Part shown: in pieces, positions 39,748-47,895 of the stretch
Position numbering within the stretch: position 1 is the first letter of the stretch
Layout: each line of letters opens with the position of its first letter
Assembly (NCBI GenBank): GCA_021325435.1
Contig: JAJPHE010000126.1
Location: 27,791 to 91,790, forward strand
Direction: 5' to 3'
Length of the DNA: 64,000 nt
From: Actinomycetota bacterium
GTDB taxonomy: Bacteria > Actinomycetota > Acidimicrobiia > Acidimicrobiales > JAJPHE01
Notes under the pieces: generated by a model
What the model saw: only the letters and a program-made list of their open reading frames with translations
Databases searched by the model: none
What the model was told of the DNA's origin: nothing
Made by a program: the position numbers and the translations under genes

Positions 39748-41154
39748 GTGCCCGGCCTGCTCCCCGATGGCTTCCGGTTCGGCGTTGCCATGGCCGGGTT
39801 TCAGAACGAAGGCGGCTTCAACGGGCCCGGCGAGCCGGCCAACAACTGGGCCCGATGGGAGGCCGAGGGCCGAGTGGAGCCGTCCGGCGTCGCCCTCGAC
39901 TTCTGGAACCGTTATGACGAGCACCTGGGACGGGCGGCGGCGGCCGGGTGCGACGCGGTGCGGCTGTCGGTGGAGTGGGCCCGGTGCGAGCCGGCCGACG
40001 GCGTGTTCGACGACGACGCCTTCGCCCGCTACCGACAGATCCTCGAGGCCTGCCACGCCCACGGTCTGACGCCGCTGCTGACCCTTCATCACTTCACCCA
40101 TCCGGCCTGGCTCGGTGAGGACTTCTGGACACAGCGGGAGGCACCCGAGCGCTTCGCGGCGTGGGCCGAGGTGGCGGTGGGGACGCTGGCCGACCTTTGC
40201 GGCGCGTGGGTGACGCTGAACGAGATCAACGTCCTCGCCCTGCAGAGCTACTCCTCGGGCTTCTTCCCCCCCGGTCGGCGGCTCGACATCGCCGCCAGCG
40301 TGCGGGCCCTCGACAACCTGCTCGCCGCCCACGTCCTCACCTACGCGGTCATCCATCAGCACCGGCCCGACGCGGTGGTCTCGACCAACAACCAGTCGCT
40401 CACCGTGTACGAGCTCGACCGTCTGCACACCGACCTGCTGCTGGTCCGCTCCGAGGGGATCAACCGCTACGACGTCCGGCCCTGGCTGGCCGAGCGCCGG
40501 CGCGACTTCTACGCCACCGCCGTCCCCCCTGGGGCGGCGGAACGGGCGCTGCGCCGGTTGTCGGCCGCCGCCGTCCCCCTCGACCAGGCGTTCCCCCGCG
40601 CCATCGAGGCGATCTACGCCAGCCCCCACGAGCGCTGCACCGACGTCAACCAGATCGACTACTACAACCCGCTGGTCTCCAGCCACCTGCGGGTTCCGGG
40701 TCACCGGACCTCGGGCGGGCGCGGCTGGCTGCCGGGGAGGCTCCTCTGGGACGATCCTCCCTACCCGGCCGGGCTCACCTACCGGTGCGGCCTCGGCGCC
40801 GACGACGGCCTGGCGGTCTGGGTGGTGGAGAACGGCATCTGCAACCGGGTGCGGCGGGGTCGCAGTTGGCCCCGGGTCGACCGGTGGGACCGCCCCCGCT
40901 ACCTGCGGGCGAACCTCGCCGCGGTGGTGGACGCCCTGGACCGGGGAGTGCCGGTTACCGGCTACTACCACTGGACCCTGGCCGACAACTACGAGTGGGG
41001 CAGCTACGAGCCCCGCTTCGGGTTGTACGGCGTCGACCGCGACCGCGGGGTCCGCTGGAGCGAGCTGGACGCCATGGGACACGACTCGGCCGGCGCCTAC
41101 CGCCGGATCATCGAGGGCCTGCGGGCGGGGGACCGCTCCGTGCTCGAGAAGTGA
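39748..41154 (+). CDS. Glycoside hydrolase family 1
   Basis: FRFGVAMAGFQNEG, TLHHFTHP, TLNE (acid/base), VENG (nucleophile), DNYEW; start uncertain. Confidence 0.93.
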   Translation: MPGLLPDGFRFGVAMAGFQNEGGFNGPGEPANNWARWEAEGRVEPSGVALDFWNRYDEHLGRAAAAGCDAVRLSVEWARCEPADGVFDDDAFARYRQILEACHAHGLTPLLTLHHFTHPAWLGEDFWTQREAPERFAAWAEVAVGTLADLCGAWVTLNEINVLALQSYSSGFFPPGRRLDIAASVRALDNLLAAHVLTYAVIHQHRPDAVVSTNNQSLTVYELDRLHTDLLLVRSEGINRYDVRPWLAERRRDFYATAVPPGAAERALRRLSAAAVPLDQAFPRAIEAIYASPHERCTDVNQIDYYNPLVSSHLRVPGHRTSGGRGWLPGRLLWDDPPYPAGLTYRCGLGADDGLAVWVVENGICNRVRRGRSWPRVDRWDRPRYLRANLAAVVDALDRGVPVTGYYHWTLADNYEWGSYEPRFGLYGVDRDRGVRWSELDAMGHDSAGAYRRIIEGLRAGDRSVLEK

Positions 41155-42008
41155 GCGACACCCGGTTCGACCCGCTCAGCGGCACGCCGGTGGTGGTCGT
41201 GTCCGAGCGCCAGGACCGCCCCCATCTGCCCGATAGCGGCTGCCCCTTCTGCGTGGGCGGCCTGGAGGCCCCCGAGCCCTACGAGGTGCGGTGCTTTCCC
41301 AACCGCTGGCCGGCGCTCCCCGACGGACGGTGCGAGGTGGTGCTCTACACGCCGGACCACGAGGCCACGTTCTCGTCGCTCGGCCGGGATGGCGCCGAGC
41401 GCGTCGTCGCCCTGTGGGCCGAGCGCACGCGGGTCCTCGGCGACCGCCCCGACGTCGACTACGTCTTGGTCTTCGAGAACCGCGGGCCCCAGGTGGGGGC
41501 CACCATCTCCCATCCCCACGGCCAGATCTACGCCTACCGCGACGTGCCACCGGTCGCCGCCACCGAGCTGGCGGTGACGCGCTGCCCGCTGTGCCGACCA
41601 CCGGAGCAGTCGCTGGCGGTGGCCACGGCGCCGGGGTGGACGGCGTCGGTTCCCGCGGCCGCGGCGTGGCCGTACGAGCTGTTGATAGCGCCGGCCCAGC
41701 ACGTGCCCGACCTGCCGTCCGCCGCCGGGGGGCGCGCCGGGCTGGCTCACGTGCTGGTTGACAGCCTGGCCCGCCTGGACCAGCTGTTCGACGCGCCGAT
41801 GCCCTACATGCTCTGGGTGCACCAGCGGCCGACGGACGGCGGCGAGTGGCCCGGCGCTCACCTCCACGTCCACGTGGCGCCGATCCTGCGCGACCGGGGG
41901 GTCCCCCGCTTCGTCGCCGCCGCCGAGCTCGGGGCCGGCGTCATCTTCAACCCGGTCGAGCCGGCTCGGGCCGCCCAGCGTCTGCGCGCCCTTCCGGGGC
42001 GGGGCTGA
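41151..42008 (+). CDS. galT: Galactose-1-phosphate uridylyltransferase
   Basis: CPFC, FENRG, GATISHPHGQIY. Confidence 0.92.
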   Translation: MSDTRFDPLSGTPVVVVSERQDRPHLPDSGCPFCVGGLEAPEPYEVRCFPNRWPALPDGRCEVVLYTPDHEATFSSLGRDGAERVVALWAERTRVLGDRPDVDYVLVFENRGPQVGATISHPHGQIYAYRDVPPVAATELAVTRCPLCRPPEQSLAVATAPGWTASVPAAAAWPYELLIAPAQHVPDLPSAAGGRAGLAHVLVDSLARLDQLFDAPMPYMLWVHQRPTDGGEWPGAHLHVHVAPILRDRGVPRFVAAAELGAGVIFNPVEPARAAQRLRALPGRG

Positions 42009-42013
42009 CCGCC

Positions 42014-43057
42014 GTGCTGGTGAGGGCGCACGCGCCCGGCCGGGTGAACCTGATCGGGGACCACACCGACTACACGGGGGGCTTCGTGCTGCCGATGGCC
42101 ATCGGTCTCGGCACGACGGTGGAGATCCGCCGCCACGGCGACCGGGTCGAGCTGGTGTCCGCCGACGAGCCGCTGGCCGCCATCGTGCCGCTCGACGTCG
42201 CCGCCGACGACGTTCCCCTTCTGGCCCCGTCCTGGGCCCGTTACGTCGGGGGGGTCGTCTCCGCTCTGCGCCCGTCGACCGGGGGAACCGGCACGGTGCG
42301 CAGCAACCTGCCGATCGGCGCCGGCCTGTCCTCGAGTTCGTCCCTGACGGTGGCGGTGGCCCTCGCCCTCGGCTACCGAGGGCGACCGGTCGAGGTGGCC
42401 CGGGTGTGCCAACGGGCGGAGCAGATGGGATCGGGCGTGCCCGGCGGCATCATGGACCAGCTGTGCTCGGCCGCCGGAGTGGCCGGTCACGCCCTGCTGA
42501 TCGACTGCGACTCCCTCGACATCACCCCCGTGCCGCTGCCCGCCGGGGCCGAGGTGGTGGTCCTCCACTCCGGGCAGGCCCGCTACCTGCCGGGCTCCGC
42601 CTACGCCGACCGGCGGCGCGACTGCGACCGGGCCACCGCCCTCGTCGGACCGCTGCGCCAGGCCACCGAGGCGGACGCCGCCGCCATCGAGGATCCGATC
42701 CTGCGCCGCCGGGCCCGGCACGTCGTCACCGAGAACGCCAGGGTGCGGGCGGCCGCCGCCGCTCTCGCCGCCGGCGACCTCGCCTCCGCCGGACGGCTGA
42801 TGACCGAGAGCCACGCCAGCCTCCGCCAGGACTTCGAGGTCTCCACTCCCGCCCTCGACGCCCTGGTGGAGCGGCTGGTGGCCCACCCCGGGGTGGCGGG
42901 AGCCCGCCTCACCGGCGCCGGCTTCGGGGGTTGCGTGGTGGCGTTGGTCGAGCAGGGAGCAGCCGCCTCGGCCGCGGCCCTGGCCCCCCGGTCGTGGGTG
43001 GTGGAAGCGGTCGCCGGTGCCGGCGCCGAGGTTCTCGAGGAGGCCCCGCCCGGCTGA
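42014..43057 (+). CDS. galK: Galactokinase
   Basis: PGRVNLIGDHTDY, PIGAGLSSS, GARLTGAGFGG. Confidence 0.93.
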   Translation: MLVRAHAPGRVNLIGDHTDYTGGFVLPMAIGLGTTVEIRRHGDRVELVSADEPLAAIVPLDVAADDVPLLAPSWARYVGGVVSALRPSTGGTGTVRSNLPIGAGLSSSSSLTVAVALALGYRGRPVEVARVCQRAEQMGSGVPGGIMDQLCSAAGVAGHALLIDCDSLDITPVPLPAGAEVVVLHSGQARYLPGSAYADRRRDCDRATALVGPLRQATEADAAAIEDPILRRRARHVVTENARVRAAAAALAAGDLASAGRLMTESHASLRQDFEVSTPALDALVERLVAHPGVAGARLTGAGFGGCVVALVEQGAAASAAALAPRSWVVEAVAGAGAEVLEEAPPG

Positions 43058-43063
43058 GGCCGG

Positions 43064-43564
43064 TCAGCGGTAGACGCGCCGCCGGAACACCGCCGACGGC
43101 CCGGCCACCCGATCGAGGAACACCTTCCCGTCGAGGTGGTCGATCTCGTGCAGCACCGCCCGGGCTTCGAAGGCGTCGACGTCGAGGACCCGCTCGCCGC
43201 CGTCGGCCGTCAGCCCCCGAACCACCAGCCGGGTCGGCCGGGCCACGTCCCCGGTCAGATCGGGCACGCTCATGCATCCCTCGCGGGCGGTCTCCACCCC
43301 TTCGGCCACGAGGATCTCGGGGTCGAACAGCACGACAGTCCCGTGGCAGGAACGGGCCTTGCGGTGACCGGTGACGTCGACCACGAACGCCCGACGGGCC
43401 ACGCCGATCTGCGGGGCGGCCAGCCCCACGCAGGCCGGAGAGGCCCGCATGGTGTCGACCAGGTCAGCGGCCAGCGCCCGCTCCTCGCTTCCCACCACCC
43501 CGACCGGTTGGGCCACCCGCGACAACACCGCCTCGGGCAGGCGAAGCACGGCCCGGACGGCCAC
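43064..43564 (-). CDS. def: Peptide deformylase
   Basis: VGLAAPQIG, EGCMS, HEIDHLDG. Confidence 0.93.
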   Translation of the reverse strand: MAVRAVLRLPEAVLSRVAQPVGVVGSEERALAADLVDTMRASPACVGLAAPQIGVARRAFVVDVTGHRKARSCHGTVVLFDPEILVAEGVETAREGCMSVPDLTGDVARPTRLVVRGLTADGGERVLDVDAFEARAVLHEIDHLDGKVFLDRVAGPSAVFRRRVYR

Positions 43565-43567
43565 GAG

Positions 43568-44104
43568 TCAGAGGACGTCGGCGCCCGATGGGTGCATCGA
43601 GCAAGCGACACCGAGCTCCTCGGCCAGTGCTTCGAGCCGCCGGCGCAGCTCGTCGGAGTCGGTGTCGGGCGGGATGACGACCTCCAGCAGCATGGCGTAG
43701 ACCGGCCGGTCCTCCGGGCCGATCACCCGGGTGGAAAGGTCGCAGATGTTGACCCCCGCCCCGCCCAGCACGGCAGTGACCCGGTGCACGATGCCGGGGC
43801 GGTCGGCGCCGTGCACCGACACCGCCCAGGTGTCGCCCTCGACCGACTGGGGGACCGACTCGTCGATGGCATGGACCCACACGGCGAGGTCGAGTTCCTC
43901 GGCGGCGGGCGACACCGCCGCCTCGATGGCTTTGGCCTCGAGGCGGTCGGGGCCGGCGAGGACCATCACCATGGCGAAACGCCCCCGCAGGATCGTCATC
44001 GACGTGTCCTCGAGGTTGCATTCCAGTCCCACCAGGGGACCGGTAACCCCCGCCACGATGCCGGGACGGTCGGCCCCTACCGCCGTCAGCGTGAAATGGC
44101 GCAC
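43568..44104 (-). CDS. Tandem ACT-domain protein (GcvR-like)
   Basis: Two GADRPGIV repeats. Confidence 0.88.
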   Translation of the reverse strand: MRHFTLTAVGADRPGIVAGVTGPLVGLECNLEDTSMTILRGRFAMVMVLAGPDRLEAKAIEAAVSPAAEELDLAVWVHAIDESVPQSVEGDTWAVSVHGADRPGIVHRVTAVLGGAGVNICDLSTRVIGPEDRPVYAMLLEVVIPPDTDSDELRRRLEALAEELGVACSMHPSGADVL

Positions 44105-44105
44105 G

Positions 44106-45206
44106 TCAGCCCAGCTTCCCGGCGATGGAACCGGCGGAGCGCAGGGCCCGGCCGTCGGCGCCCTCCGTGCTGTAACGGGCGGTGGGACGGCGGCGGGCCT
44201 CATCGACCAGATCGCGCAGCAGTTGCAGGAACGGCACCGCCGGCTCGATCCAGAGGTAGCGGGCCAGCGAACCGGGGACGGTGTTGATCTCGTTCACGTA
44301 GAGCTCTCCCTCTCGCCACAGGAAGTCCAAGCGGGCGACGCCCCTCACCCCGCACAGCTGGCCCACCCGGCGGGCCAGCCGGCGCAGCTCGTCGGCCGTC
44401 GAGGGGTCGATCTTGGCCGGCAGCTCGCGGGGGGCCGACGCCATCCCCTCACCGCCCGAGTACTTGTCGGCGTAGCTGTAGAACCCGGCCGAGCCGGTGC
44501 GCTCGGGGCGCTCGATGGCCGACACGGACAGCTCGGGCCATGAGCGGATGCCGATCTGCAGGTCGGTGAGATCGGCCCGGTAGGGTTCGATGACCGCGCC
44601 GGCGCGCAGGTGGAGATTGGCGTTGAGACGGGCCCGGGCCGTTTCGGCGTCCTCGACCACGTCAATGCCGATGGACGACCCACCGAAGCGGGGCTTGACG
44701 ATGTAGGGGCCGTCGAAGGGGATGTCACCGTCGGCGTCGAGGGCCACCCGGGGCAGCGTAGGCAGCCCGGCCGCGCTCACCACGTCGCCGAAGGCGAGCT
44801 TGTCCATGCCGAGGGCCGCCGACGCGACCGAGGGTCCGCTGTAGGCGACACCCGCCAGGTCGAGCACCGCCTGCAGGGTGCCGTCCTCACCCGGACCGCC
44901 GTGGCAGCAGACGATGGCGGCGTCGACCTCGAGGGGGCGGTCGCGGCCCAACGAACGCGAGGCGCTGAAGCCGCCTCCCGGTCCCACCACCAGACGCACG
45001 GGCGTGGCGCCCCGGGGCGCCCCGTCGGCGAAGTCGGCCGCCTCGAGGTCGGCGGGGACCTGCACCCAGTCGCCGCCCTTCGACCAGTACAGGCAGGCGA
45101 CGTCGTCACCCGAGTCGACCAGGGCCCGGGCGCACTGCAGCCCGGTCAGCACACTCACGTCGTGCTCGGGGGAAGGCCCGCCGAAGATCACAGCCGTCTC
45201 GGTCAC
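44106..45206 (-). CDS. ddl: D-alanine--D-alanine ligase family (atypical type)
   Basis: FGGPSPEHDVS, HGGPGEDG, VKPRFGGSSIG, NEINTVPGSLA. Confidence 0.88.
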   Translation of the reverse strand: MTETAVIFGGPSPEHDVSVLTGLQCARALVDSGDDVACLYWSKGGDWVQVPADLEAADFADGAPRGATPVRLVVGPGGGFSASRSLGRDRPLEVDAAIVCCHGGPGEDGTLQAVLDLAGVAYSGPSVASAALGMDKLAFGDVVSAAGLPTLPRVALDADGDIPFDGPYIVKPRFGGSSIGIDVVEDAETARARLNANLHLRAGAVIEPYRADLTDLQIGIRSWPELSVSAIERPERTGSAGFYSYADKYSGGEGMASAPRELPAKIDPSTADELRRLARRVGQLCGVRGVARLDFLWREGELYVNEINTVPGSLARYLWIEPAVPFLQLLRDLVDEARRRPTARYSTEGADGRALRSAGSIAGKLG

Positions 45207-45225
45207 CGCCCGCTCCTTGGCCCGA

Positions 45226-46785
45226 TCACGGGTAGTGATCCGGCAGGTCGTTCTCGTACAGGACTGCGTCAGCCGGTCCGAGGTGGTCCTTCACCCATGC
45301 GACCGCCTCCTGGCGCGTTCCGACGGTAACCACCTGGGCGGCGCCCTCGGACGAGCCGTCGAGCAGGGCGCGTCGGTTGACCCGGCCGACGATCACCAGG
45401 TGGGTGGCGACGGCAGCCGCCTGACGAGCGAACTCACGGTTCTCGTCGTACTGGCGCCGGCCCAGCTCCACCATGCCCGGGGTGACGACCACCCGCCGGC
45501 CGCCGGCGGGGGCGATCGCTTCCAATGTCTCCAGAGCGGCCCGACACCCGGCCGGATTCGAGTTGTAGGTGTCGTCGAGGATCAGGAAACCCTTGGCCCC
45601 GGTGGTGGCGGTCAGCCGGTTGGGCGCCGGGGGCACGGTGGACAGCCGCTCGGCCAGGGCCGGCCGGGGGACGCCGAGCTCGAGGGCCACGGCCACCGCG
45701 CAGGCCAGGTTCGACGCCATCGGCGGCAGCCGGTCGGGCACCCGGCCGTCACCCCGCGGCGGGTCCGCCACGGTGGCGATGACGTCCCCGCCGGCCTCGA
45801 CGACGAGCCCGCCGTCGGCCCGGTGCACGGTCACGTCACCGCCCCCCCGCCGGGTGGAGCAGGTGACCACCTTGCGCCGGCTGCGCTCCGCCTCGGCGAT
45901 GGCGGCCAGCCGGCTGTCGTCGACGTTGAGGACCGCCACCCTGGCCTTCTCCAGGATCTCCGACTTGGCCTCGGCGATGGCGTCCTCGCTCCCCATCCGT
46001 TCCAAGTGGACCGGCCCGATGGCGGTGATCACCGACACGTCGGGCGGGATGAACGAGCACAGCTCGGCGATCTCGCCCTTGCCGTAGGTGCCCATCTCGG
46101 CCACGAAGACCTCGGTGCCGACCCCGAGGTTCTCGTTCACCGAGCGGGCCAGGCCGGCTCGGTTGTTGAAGCTGCGAGGTGTCGCCACCACGGTGCGGGC
46201 CGCCGAAACCAGGTGGGCCACGTATCCCTTGGTGGTCGTCTTGCCGTACGAGCCGGTGATGGCCACCACCGTCGGGCGCACCGAGCGCAGCCGGGACGCC
46301 GCCGAGCGCACGTAGCGGGCACCCAGCCGGCGCTCGACGGGAGCAGTGATGGCGCAGGCGGCGTCCACCGCCAGCGGCACGAGCAGAGCACCGGCGGCCG
46401 CCGCCGTGGCCGGAGCCCCGGCAACCGCGCCCCCGGCGATGCCCGCCGCCTCCAACACCCCGGCGACGCCCGCCAGCGTCCGCATGCGCCTGGTCCACGC
46501 CAGGCGCGACGTCCGGCCCCGCAGGCCGAGCCCCGCCGGCCACGCCGCCACCACGGCGGCGGCGCCGACCCCGGCCCAGGGTGTGGCCGCCGTGGCCCCG
46601 GTGAGGGCCACTCCGGCCACCGGCAGGCCGCCGTTGAGCGGGCTCGAGCGGGCCCACCGCAAGGCGAAGCGGGTCACCGACCCCGGCAGGTAGTGCTCGC
46701 GCTGGGCGACCCGCAGCCAGCGCAGGCCGCCCACCCCGGCGGCGATGGACCCGGCGGCCAGCCCGACGGCGGAGCCCGGCGTCAA
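45226..46785 (-). CDS. murF: MurF-like Mur ligase with N-terminal membrane domain
   Basis: Hydrophobic N-terminus, ITGSYGKTTTK, SFNN, EMGTY, DDTYNSNP, TPGMVELG, ENDLPD. Confidence 0.85.
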   Translation of the reverse strand: MTPGSAVGLAAGSIAAGVGGLRWLRVAQREHYLPGSVTRFALRWARSSPLNGGLPVAGVALTGATAATPWAGVGAAAVVAAWPAGLGLRGRTSRLAWTRRMRTLAGVAGVLEAAGIAGGAVAGAPATAAAAGALLVPLAVDAACAITAPVERRLGARYVRSAASRLRSVRPTVVAITGSYGKTTTKGYVAHLVSAARTVVATPRSFNNRAGLARSVNENLGVGTEVFVAEMGTYGKGEIAELCSFIPPDVSVITAIGPVHLERMGSEDAIAEAKSEILEKARVAVLNVDDSRLAAIAEAERSRRKVVTCSTRRGGGDVTVHRADGGLVVEAGGDVIATVADPPRGDGRVPDRLPPMASNLACAVAVALELGVPRPALAERLSTVPPAPNRLTATTGAKGFLILDDTYNSNPAGCRAALETLEAIAPAGGRRVVVTPGMVELGRRQYDENREFARQAAAVATHLVIVGRVNRRALLDGSSEGAAQVVTVGTRQEAVAWVKDHLGPADAVLYENDLPDHYP

Positions 46786-47516
46786 GGCTTGTTCCGCTCC
46801 ACGGCCGCCCGTAGCTGCTCGGGGGCGGTGAGCGGGGTGAGGTGACCGGCCCCCGGGCACACGGTGAGGCGGGCGTCGGGAAGGGCGGCGGCCGCCTGCC
46901 GGGCCACCTCCAGAGGGGCGGCGGTGTCGTCGTCCCCCCACACCAGCTCGACCGGGCAGGCGATCCGGGCCAGCTGGGCGTCGTAGGTCTCGTTGACCAC
47001 CCGCACGTGGACCTGGCGCATCACCCCGGTGGCCATGCGGTAGTCCTCCGACCCGTAACGCTGGCGGTAGGTCTCCATGCGGGAGTCCCCGATCAGCCCC
47101 CGCCGGTGGGCCCAGCGGACCAGACGGTAGGGGGTGGCCGGGCGGCGGGCCGGGCCCACCCGGAAGAGGGGCACGCCGGTGAGGACCAGGGCCGCCACCC
47201 GATCCGGCCGCCGGGCCGCCAGGTGCACCGCCACCCGGCCCCCGAAGGAGTGGCCGACGACGACTACCCGGTTCGCCAGCTGGTCGAGGAGCCCGTCGAG
47301 GGCGGCGGCGTACTCGGCCGACCCCCAGGCCTCCGGAGGCGGGGGGGTCGCCCCGAAGCCCGGCAGGTCGACGGCGACGGCGTCGAGGCCCGGCTGGCCG
47401 AGGACCTTCTCGAAGTCGTCGTGGGTCCTCCGCCAGCCGTGCAGGGCGAGCACCCAGGCCGGGGATGATCCCCAGGCGGAGCCGAACAGGCGGCCGGAGT
47501 CGAAGGCCTTCAGCAC
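46782..47516 (-). CDS. Alpha/beta hydrolase coupled to murF
   Basis: LHGW, DLPGFG, GHSFGGRV, GAGH. Confidence 0.9.
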   Translation of the reverse strand: MLKAFDSGRLFGSAWGSSPAWVLALHGWRRTHDDFEKVLGQPGLDAVAVDLPGFGATPPPPEAWGSAEYAAALDGLLDQLANRVVVVGHSFGGRVAVHLAARRPDRVAALVLTGVPLFRVGPARRPATPYRLVRWAHRRGLIGDSRMETYRQRYGSEDYRMATGVMRQVHVRVVNETYDAQLARIACPVELVWGDDDTAAPLEVARQAAAALPDARLTVCPGAGHLTPLTAPEQLRAAVERNKP

Positions 47517-47620
47517 GTCAGGACGGGTCGGTGACAGCGGGTCGCACGGGGGCAGCGGACGTTACCCGCTGCCGGGCCCCCCGCCGCCACGGACCATGGC
47601 CAAAGTTGGGACCGAAGTCC

Positions 47621-47649
47621 TTGACGACGCCCCTCGCCGGCAGCAGACT
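47621..47649 (+). promoter_or_regulatory. SigmaA-type promoter for the candidate ncRNA
   Basis: TTGACG-17 nt-CAGACT. Confidence 0.6.
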
Positions 47650-47655
47650 CGCCTT

Positions 47656-47844
47656 ACCGGTAACGGGAGATCGCAACCGACCGTCCGCCGGACGCCACGG
47701 GTGTCCGCCGGGCCGGCTGTGATCCCCCGCCCGGCTCTGGAGGACGGCCTAGAGGCCGACCGGCCGCCCGGCCGGAGACTCCGGAGGGAGCGTGGGCCCC
47801 GAGGAGCTCGGGGGCGCAAGCCCTCGGTTACTCGGGGTCGCTCC
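47656..47844 (+). ncRNA. Candidate structured non-coding RNA (unassigned family)
   Basis: Three abutting paired domains after a consensus promoter; GCAA tetraloop. Confidence 0.45.
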
Positions 47845-47866
47845 GCGTCAGGCGCATCCACCACGC

Positions 47867-47888
47867 CGTCACACCCCGTCGGTACGGT
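47867..47888 (+). promoter_or_regulatory. PafBC/RecA-NDp-type promoter of leaderless uvrD2
   Basis: CGTC-ACACCCCGTCGG-TACGGT, with ATG 7 nt later. Confidence 0.58.
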
Positions 47889-47895
47889 CGCCCAG

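Noticed and set aside
47735-47844. Glycine riboswitch or tRNA-Sec
   Set aside because: CTCTGGAG is present but the GAAG/CTCTCAGG core is missing; no cloverleaf or UCA anticodon
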